From: a virus
Reading direction: 5' to 3' (one strand)
Length of the DNA: 64,000 bases
Virus record (IMG/VR): IMGVR_UViG_3300046002_008519
Coordinates: 3,254 to 67,253 of that record
Below, in pieces: positions 57,961 through 64,000 of this stretch. A model generated the notes under the pieces. The model ran no database searches. It saw only the letters and a program-made list of their open reading frames with translations, and had not been told where the DNA came from. The translations under genes and the position numbers were made by a program. Positions within the stretch are counted from its first letter, which is position 1; each line of letters opens with the position of its first letter.

Positions 57961-58008
57961 TTAATTTATTGTGTTATATACGCGTATGACACAAAAGTGT
58001 ACACTTGG

Positions 58009-58473
58009 TTAAAATATTTTTACGTATTGTCCTTGTTCCATTAAATAAACAATATCTTTTAATTTATCGTTTAAATAAATATCGTTTATATTTAAAGGAA
58101 TTGAAATAACAACTCTGTTTAAATTATTGGGGCGACTGACAAAATTATCCGTATCTTTTGACCATTCTTTGTATTTCTCAAATACAACCCCAAGTGGTTT
58201 TTTATTACCCGAATAATACCCCAAACAATGTGCGTTGAAAAATAATGCGTTTTTATCAGCTATAATAGTAAATGCATTATAATAATTTGATGAGAAACTT
58301 GTTTTCATATAGATAACAACTCTATCACATTCATCTTGTACTTTATCATACGTTCTAAAGACCTTGCTCAAATTATTTAAAATTCTCATTGCAAAAGCCT
58401 TGTTATCTTTGATAGCGTTAATCTCATTTAATTTATCGCTATCCATAGCGTTTAAGAATAAATTGTCAGTCAT
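58009..58473 (-). CDS. Hypothetical early protein
   Basis: 154 aa, own promoter. Confidence 0.7.
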   Translation of the reverse strand: MTDNLFLNAMDSDKLNEINAIKDNKAFAMRILNNLSKVFRTYDKVQDECDRVVIYMKTSFSSNYYNAFTIIADKNALFFNAHCLGYYSGNKKPLGVVFEKYKEWSKDTDNFVSRPNNLNRVVISIPLNINDIYLNDKLKDIVYLMEQGQYVKIF

Positions 58474-58545
58474 AATAAATTTATTTAATTTGTTGGTACA
58501 AAGATATAACTATTTTTTAAACTACCAAACTTTTTTACATTTATT

Positions 58546-59043
58546 TTACAATCTTAACCCAAACCCTATTGTTGCTTGGCTAAAGCTATCAAAACCTAAT
58601 ATAATTCTAAGTCTATTATTGACTTGATAGCCAATAAATCCACCAACCATAACTGTATATGATGTAGTTTGTTTTTCTTGGGTGTTTGGGTTGTTTTGTG
58701 TTGGTACCCATTTAGCCTCATTTTGTTTGCCAATTCTACCACCGTAAATAAATTTATTGGGTTTATACCCATAAGACAAATACAATGTTTCATTTTTATA
58801 TTGTTCATCTTTGTATTGGTTCACATTCCCAGCATAACCAATTCCAATTATACTCTTGTTTAATTTAATGGTTACTTCACCACCCAACGATTGTAGTATT
58901 CCAAGATTAACAACCAAAGTAAATTTACTTTCTTTTGGTAATTGGTTATATGGATTGTCATAATCAATATCCATTGGTGGTTTTGGTTGTCCAAAAGAAA
59001 TGGTACAAACAAACAAACTTAAAACTAATAATAATTTTTTCAT
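58546..59043 (-). CDS. Putative small outer-membrane beta-barrel protein
   Basis: Sec signal MKKLLLVLSLFVCTISFG|Q; amphipathic strands YLSYGYK, GGFIGYQ, C-terminal TIGFGLRL. Confidence 0.72.
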   Translation of the reverse strand: MKKLLLVLSLFVCTISFGQPKPPMDIDYDNPYNQLPKESKFTLVVNLGILQSLGGEVTIKLNKSIIGIGYAGNVNQYKDEQYKNETLYLSYGYKPNKFIYGGRIGKQNEAKWVPTQNNPNTQEKQTTSYTVMVGGFIGYQVNNRLRIILGFDSFSQATIGFGLRL

Positions 59044-59050
59044 AGGTCAT

Positions 59051-59338
59051 TTAATTAATTAACAGATTAAACTTGCCATACATAAAAATATCAGCAAGGG
59101 TTACTTTATCTTCGTCAGTAAATTTACTCAAACGATATTCAAGTATTACTTTTCTAAAGTTCTTTGCAATTATTTTATGGTTGCCCGATAACTCATAAGT
59201 AAATCGTTGCGTTCCATTATTTTCTATTGCAATATATGTTGGGTTTGGTGCGGATTTATATTTTAAATAAATATTAAAAGTGCTACCCTCATTGGCTCTT
59301 TCTTCGTTTAATTCAATATCTTCAAGTATCAAATGCAT
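59051..59338 (-). CDS. Hypothetical protein
   Basis: 95-aa ORF. Confidence 0.65.
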   Translation of the reverse strand: MHLILEDIELNEERANEGSTFNIYLKYKSAPNPTYIAIENNGTQRFTYELSGNHKIIAKNFRKVILEYRLSKFTDEDKVTLADIFMYGKFNLLIN

Positions 59339-59341
59339 AGG

Positions 59342-59476
59342 TTATATAAATATTAAAATTAAAATACATAAACATATAGCGACAAAAATATATGCCATTA
59401 CATTTTTTTTCTTTTTTATTATTGTAATAGGTTCATCACCCATTTCATTAGCGGTATACGAATAATGTTTTTTCAT
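59342..59476 (-). CDS. Small membrane protein (44 aa)
   Basis: Manual translation after promoter at 59496; C-terminal hydrophobic helix. Confidence 0.55.
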   Translation of the reverse strand: MKKHYSYTANEMGDEPITIIKKKKNVMAYIFVAICLCILILIFI

Positions 59477-59553
59477 AATTTAATTAATTTAACAATGCAA
59501 AGATAAGAATAAAAATCGGTACTACCAAATGATAATACCGATTTTAAATAAAT

Positions 59554-60129
59554 TTATTTACTCAACTCTACCAACTTCAACTCAAATTCTTCAAGCGTTG
59601 GTATTGTTGGTTGCACTCCAATTTTGTAATGGGTTGCAACCATGTTTTTGATGTGTTCGCCACAACCTTTGAAGTTTTCAACAACCAACTGCAAGTCTAA
59701 TAATTTTTGTTCGTCAACTGAAAGCAACTCCCAAACCTTGAAATTTTCACCATACATTTTTTTAAGGTCGTCGCTTTCCAACATAGCCATACAAATAGCA
59801 CGTTTTTGTTCTTCGTTGGTAAAATCTAATTTATTACCCATTTTTTCAAACCCCAAATCCTTGATTTTGTTTTTTAAGTTAGAAAGGGAGTCAACCTCTA
59901 AACCATCAAAAATTAAATCTTCGGTATCGTTAACGTCCCAATCATCGATTGAAATAATACCTTTGTGTTTGATTTCAGAAACTCTTGCATAAAAGCAAAT
60001 AACCATACTGAAATTACCACGCTCAATCTTAACACTACCACTAAATTCAATTTGTGTGTGAGTTGACCTTGAAGTTGCTTTAACTTCTCCCTCAAGTCCT
60101 TTAAGACTTTGTAAAATACCTAGTTCCAT
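59554..60129 (-). CDS. Hypothetical early protein
   Basis: 191 aa, own promoter. Confidence 0.75.
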   Translation of the reverse strand: MELGILQSLKGLEGEVKATSRSTHTQIEFSGSVKIERGNFSMVICFYARVSEIKHKGIISIDDWDVNDTEDLIFDGLEVDSLSNLKNKIKDLGFEKMGNKLDFTNEEQKRAICMAMLESDDLKKMYGENFKVWELLSVDEQKLLDLQLVVENFKGCGEHIKNMVATHYKIGVQPTIPTLEEFELKLVELSK

Positions 60130-60220
60130 AATAATATAAATTTAATTGATTAATTCTCTGCAAATGTATAACAATTTTTTAACCTACCAAATAATAAAGT
60201 GTTAAAATTTTGTTAAAAGT

Positions 60221-60485
60221 AAATTGGGGCAAATAAATTTATCCACCCCAATTTCAGTACCATAATTATATGGGGTCAGTCTTTTATCTTATTTTCAGCT
60301 ATGAATACTCCATATCCCTCGGGATACCCTCACAGAACAACTGATTAACAAATAAATTTATTTGCATAAGATAATGCCTACATTGCCGACAAGCAAGGAT
60401 TTTAATTAGTTCCGCAAGGGGAAACAAAACAACTATGTATTTTAAAACCCATTTAATTTATTGGGTTAGTATTTTATGTTTTTAA
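60221..60485 (-). ncRNA. Candidate structured non-coding RNA
   Basis: Own promoter (60492-60525) and terminator-like hairpin (60221-60254), no substantial ORF, nested stems. Confidence 0.5.
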
Positions 60486-60507
60486 TTACTATGCAAAGAT
60501 ATAACTT

Positions 60508-60912
60508 TTAATTTACACCACCAAATAATTCTTTCTCTTTTTCTAAATTTTCTTTGTGTTCTCTTAATAAATTTATTTGGTCTTCAAGCCGTTTGATTTC
60601 ATCATCGATTGAAGTGATTGCATAAAATTTATGTTCAAGTTTATAACGATTTATCATAACATCTTTCAACCTATTAAGTTCTTTGTTATATGTTGAGTAA
60701 ACATCAAACATATTCAAAGAATGCATCACAGTTGCGTGATTAAATCCAACACTACCACCAATGGCGCCAAATGTTGTATTTGGTTTAAGTATCTTGACAA
60801 CCTTATAAAACAACCCACGCATTTCAATTACTTCACGTTTTTTTGTTTTAATATTAATATCGATACCACTTTCATTTATTAATATATCTTTAATTATTTC
60901 AATATCGCTCAT
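60508..60912 (-). CDS. DnaA C-terminal (domain IV)-like HTH DNA-binding protein
   Basis: KTKKREVIEMR...TFGAIG...NHATVMHS. Confidence 0.7.
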   Translation of the reverse strand: MSDIEIIKDILINESGIDINIKTKKREVIEMRGLFYKVVKILKPNTTFGAIGGSVGFNHATVMHSLNMFDVYSTYNKELNRLKDVMINRYKLEHKFYAITSIDDEIKRLEDQINLLREHKENLEKEKELFGGVN

Positions 60913-60918
60913 AGTCGT

Positions 60919-61095
60919 TTAATTTATTAAGATTGGATTTTCAGTTCCCTCAACCCAACCTTTTAATTTTTTCCACTTGTTGATTAACTTAGTTCCGTTT
61001 ACAACATCATCTTTGGTTAAAAACTCTTTAAAGAAAATAAATTTAACTGTTATTTCAATTGTTTTAATTTCTAATTCTATTTTTGTTGGTTTCAT
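60919..61095 (-). CDS. Small hypothetical protein (58 aa, MKPTKIEL...)
   Basis: Manual translation after promoter at 61128. Confidence 0.6.
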   Translation of the reverse strand: MKPTKIELEIKTIEITVKFIFFKEFLTKDDVVNGTKLINKWKKLKGWVEGTENPILIN

Positions 61096-61212
61096 AATTC
61101 AAATAATTATATTGGGTTAAACATAGGTCAAAGATATAACATTTAATTTACACTACCAAACTTTTTTTTAAAAAAATGGTATCACCCAAAAAATGAGTGA
61201 TACCAAGTAAAT

Positions 61213-61962
61213 TTATTCAGTAAATGTTTCATTATATATTCCCAATAACTGTACCTTGAACGTTTTTTCGTCAGCTGAAAATTCGTTTTGTTTATTGTTT
61301 GCAAATTGAATAATTGCATTAGCCAATTTCTTATAGTCATTGGTTTGTTTCATTACTCTCCAAGCACTTCTACGTGTAAAAGAATGTTTTGGCAAATGCT
61401 TTAATAAACGCTTAACTTGTTCAAATTTTTTGTCGCTTTCTTTTTCGTCTTTGAATGTTAAATTACCCAACTGAAAATCCTTTGTTGTACCACTACCTGT
61501 ATATAAAAATAACAAGTCAGTAATAGTCAATTTGGTTTCGTCCATTAGTTGTTTGAATTTAACATACTCTTTAACGTTACTAGCAACGTATATTTCCAAA
61601 TACATTATGTTAGTCCAACGTTTTAACTTGTTATTCAAACATGAAATAAAATGCTTAACGTTTTCTTTCGTATCGTCATTTAATTTAATCACCTTTAAAT
61701 CCAAAGGTAAATTCAATAACCTTGCCGATGTACTTCTGTGATTTCCATCAGCATTTATTCTAATCTTTTCACCAAATGCTTCTGTTTCAAGTATGATAAC
61801 AGTCGTTGCTTCTGCCCCATACATTGCCATGCTTTCCATGATTTCTTTAACGTGGTCATCATCAACTTTTCTTGACACTCCTTCAAGTATCGTGTACTTT
61901 TTATAATCGAATGTTTGTTTTTGTTCCTCGATTACTCTTGCTAAATTTTTAATTTCTGTCAT
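61213..61962 (-). CDS. ParB/Srx-like N-terminal domain protein
   Basis: R.V...HV..I..SM...G...DGNHR...LN....W. Confidence 0.7.
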   Translation of the reverse strand: MTEIKNLARVIEEQKQTFDYKKYTILEGVSRKVDDDHVKEIMESMAMYGAEATTVIILETEAFGEKIRINADGNHRSTSARLLNLPLDLKVIKLNDDTKENVKHFISCLNNKLKRWTNIMYLEIYVASNVKEYVKFKQLMDETKLTITDLLFLYTGSGTTKDFQLGNLTFKDEKESDKKFEQVKRLLKHLPKHSFTRRSAWRVMKQTNDYKKLANAIIQFANNKQNEFSADEKTFKVQLLGIYNETFTE

Positions 61963-61972
61963 TTTAAATTAG

Positions 61973-62449
61973 TTTAATTGATTAATACTTCTGCAAAGAT
62001 ATAACAATTTTTTAACCCACCAAATTATTTTACAATTATTTTACAAAAAAAATTCGCACCCCTTTAAGAATGCGAACTAATGTATATTTATTCAATTAAT
62101 CTAACAACGTGTAATATTCGTCGGGATAAAGTTTTCTGAATAAATTTAACGATAAACTCATTTTATCGTATAACCCCATTGCCTCACAACCTATCACATA
62201 ATCGTAAAGGGCAACCCCTTGTGAGTCTAACTCACAACTAAAACCACTATAAGGGTTTTTAATCGTTTGTTTCTCTGTGCTTTCTCGGTTAAAACTTAAT
62301 TGACTAATTAAGTTAGTTTCTGTCTTGTTTAATTTAACTTTTGTTGCCATAACTGAAATATTTAATTGGTTAATACTTCTGCAAAGATATAACAATTTTT
62401 TAACCCACCAAATTATTTTACAATTATTTTACAAAAAAAAATCCGCACC
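61973..62449. repeat. ~88-bp near-identical direct repeat (promoter + terminator arm) flanking one gene
   Basis: 61973-62060 versus 62361-62449. Confidence 0.85.
62096..62350 (-). CDS. Hypothetical early protein (start MATKV)
   Basis: Start re-called downstream of promoter. Confidence 0.7.
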   Translation of the reverse strand: MATKVKLNKTETNLISQLSFNRESTEKQTIKNPYSGFSCELDSQGVALYDYVIGCEAMGLYDKMSLSLNLFRKLYPDEYYTLLD

Positions 62450-62497
62450 TATAAAAGATACGGATTTTCAGCTGTGTTGTTCAGCGGGTAGTTTAAT

Positions 62498-62737
62498 TTA
62501 ATCACCACTATCTACACTATAAACTACTTTGTAGATAGTATCTTCGATATTAACATCAAATGAATACTCATTGTAACAACGACCTAAATTTTTAGACTCT
62601 TGTGATTGAGGTATCATTTGTTCTCTTAACTCTTTACAGAATTGATTTGTTTTTACACCCCAACCATTTGCCGTACCCAAACTGATAACGTTGTTTACCG
62701 CTTTTTCTTTTACTTGTTCTGCTAATGTGTTTTCCAT
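62498..62737 (-). CDS. Hypothetical early protein (start MENTL)
   Basis: Start re-called downstream of promoter. Confidence 0.7.
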   Translation of the reverse strand: MENTLAEQVKEKAVNNVISLGTANGWGVKTNQFCKELREQMIPQSQESKNLGRCYNEYSFDVNIEDTIYKVVYSVDSGD

Positions 62738-62816
62738 AACTGATATATTTAATTGGTTAATACTTCTGCAAAGATATAACAATTTTTTAAACCACCAAAC
62801 TTTTTTTAAATTATTT

Positions 62817-63059
62817 TTATTCATTACCAAATACTTCTTCATCGCATTCAGAACAAATTGGACCAAAACCAAATATGGTTGTTTCAGCTTCTGCACCGCA
62901 TATACATAATTCAGGTTCGTCCTCTTCCTCTGTCGGGTTAAAGGTTACTTCATTATCAATAGTAAAGTCAGCACCACAATCATCACAACATAACATTGTT
63001 TCGGGGAAATCAAAATCTTCTCGGATATTTGTTCCTATACAAATTGGGCAAGTTTCCAT
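62817..63059 (-). CDS. Small double Zn-ribbon protein
   Basis: CPIC...CDDC...CIC...CSEC. Confidence 0.65.
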   Translation of the reverse strand: METCPICIGTNIREDFDFPETMLCCDDCGADFTIDNEVTFNPTEEEDEPELCICGAEAETTIFGFGPICSECDEEVFGNE

Positions 63060-63071
63060 AAGTCATTTAAT

Positions 63072-63323
63072 TTATAATGCAATTAACCAATCCGTTACTT
63101 CCCAATTAACGCTCGATGAAACGCTATACCCTTTTTCTCTTAATCGTTGAGCAACGATAGGCATATACATATATTCTTCAACACTCCAACCATAAACGGG
63201 TGCTTTGGAACAAGTTTCAAATTTTGTGGTTAATCTGCCATCTTCAAATCGGTCTTCAATTTGTTTCTGCAAAGTAGCAATATATTGTTCTTTGCGTTCT
63301 TGTGGTGTCAACGTAGTTTCCAT
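63072..63323 (-). CDS. Hypothetical early protein (start METTL)
   Basis: Start re-called downstream of promoter. Confidence 0.7.
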   Translation of the reverse strand: METTLTPQERKEQYIATLQKQIEDRFEDGRLTTKFETCSKAPVYGWSVEEYMYMPIVAQRLREKGYSVSSSVNWEVTDWLIAL

Positions 63324-63393
63324 AACTGATATATTTAATTGGTTTAACGATGCAAAGATATAACAATTATTTAAACCACCAAACAATATTGTG

Positions 63394-63756
63394 TTAAATA
63401 TTATAAGTTTCTTGCAATCTTGTTATCATCAACGCTTTGGCTTGGGTGTCAGTTAATTTACTTATAGTATGTTTAATTAAATCACATCTGTAATACTGCC
63501 CATCTTCATCAATAATCAATTGATAAGTTGAAGTTTTTATCAGCGGTATTTGTTTTTTTTGTAACTTTGCCGTATGTTTTGACTTGGCACGTTCTTGTGG
63601 GTTGTCAGTATCCGTACCCATGGTAATGTGTGCCTTGTTCGCTGCAATAACCCTTGTTGATACACCAAATTGGTCAGCAAGCATTTGGTCTGTGTAATGA
63701 CGATTTGCTCTTATAAAAGTTCTAATCGCTTTGTTGTCATGTGTTTTGTTTTTCAT
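63394..63756 (-). CDS. HTH-containing protein
   Basis: TDQMLADQFGVSTRVI helix-turn-helix pattern. Confidence 0.65.
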   Translation of the reverse strand: MKNKTHDNKAIRTFIRANRHYTDQMLADQFGVSTRVIAANKAHITMGTDTDNPQERAKSKHTAKLQKKQIPLIKTSTYQLIIDEDGQYYRCDLIKHTISKLTDTQAKALMITRLQETYNI

Positions 63757-64000
63757 TTATTAATAAATTTAATTAGTGTTATAATACAAAGCTACTAACT
63801 AATTTATTAAGATGCAATGTTTGGTAGTTAAATTTATTAGACTTATTTTAAAACGATTTAAGACACGATAATAAATTAAATGACTTATGATATCATTTAA
63901 ATAGAAAAAGAGTACCTAAGCAAGCTTAAATACCCTTATCATTGTTTACCAATTAAATTCAATTATGACAGATTGAATTTGTATCTACCGCAGGAGTTCT

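Larger units (their letters stand above)
52608..63383 (-). promoter_or_regulatory. Array of ~18 Bacteroidota sigma-type early promoters (TTTG-N~19-TAnnTTTGCA)
   Basis: Plus-strand form (TG)CAAAnnTA...ACCAAA near 52608, 53043, 54181, 55036, 55485, 55957, 56313, 56945, 57584, 58497, 59496, 60159, 60492, 61128, 61992, 62380, 62767, 63351. Confidence 0.88.

Noticed and set aside
52608-63383. Repeats as a CRISPR array or integron attC sites
   Set aside because: Spacing is gene-sized and irregular, repeats match a promoter consensus, no attC-type dyad, and no cas or integrase gene in the window
56283-63386. Shared N-terminal peptide 'MLYLCRSINQLNISVM' in several ORF-track proteins
   Set aside because: Artefact of ORFs extended through the repeated promoter; true starts are downstream
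1-64000. Alternative genetic code (TAG/TGA recoding) as in some large Bacteroidota phages
   Set aside because: Conserved genes are full-length in code 11 and coding density is high; stops are simply TAA-biased

Overview
This is a 64-kb slice of a large, AT-rich, T4-superfamily-like (jumbo-type) phage genome. The host is very probably Bacteroidota: there are about 18 copies of the TTTG-N~19-TAnnTTTG promoter, and leaders are A-rich without Shine-Dalgarno sequences. 1-20 kb holds the head morphogenesis module: major capsid (truncated by the window), scaffold, prohead protease, portal, large terminase, acidic or modular putative head proteins, and a BspA/DUF285 repeat protein. 20-41 kb holds thyA, KTSC, ClpC, ABC-ATPase/GNAT, YkuK RNase H-like, thioredoxin, nucleases, a GT2 + LpxH-like pair and a Pol-beta-type nucleotidyltransferase. 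26-51 kb also carries many proteins with a shared N-terminal 'IKQLLRE / IRNILRE' leader. It resembles a capsid-targeting, prohead-protease-cleaved propeptide and is attached to putative effector domains (zincin, PcfJ-GNAT-like domains, cryptic signal peptides). At ~51.5-51.8 kb is a non-coding junction with A-tract repeats, a G-quadruplex motif and an apparent skew switch. 52-64 kb is an array of small promoter-gene-terminator cassettes, with a tRNA-like RNA and a structured ncRNA candidate. Other signals include two probable -1 frameshifts, a ThyA-derived mosaic gene, and a candidate late promoter (ATATTTAT) in the reverse orientation to T4's. All family calls come from motif recognition by eye; no searches were run.
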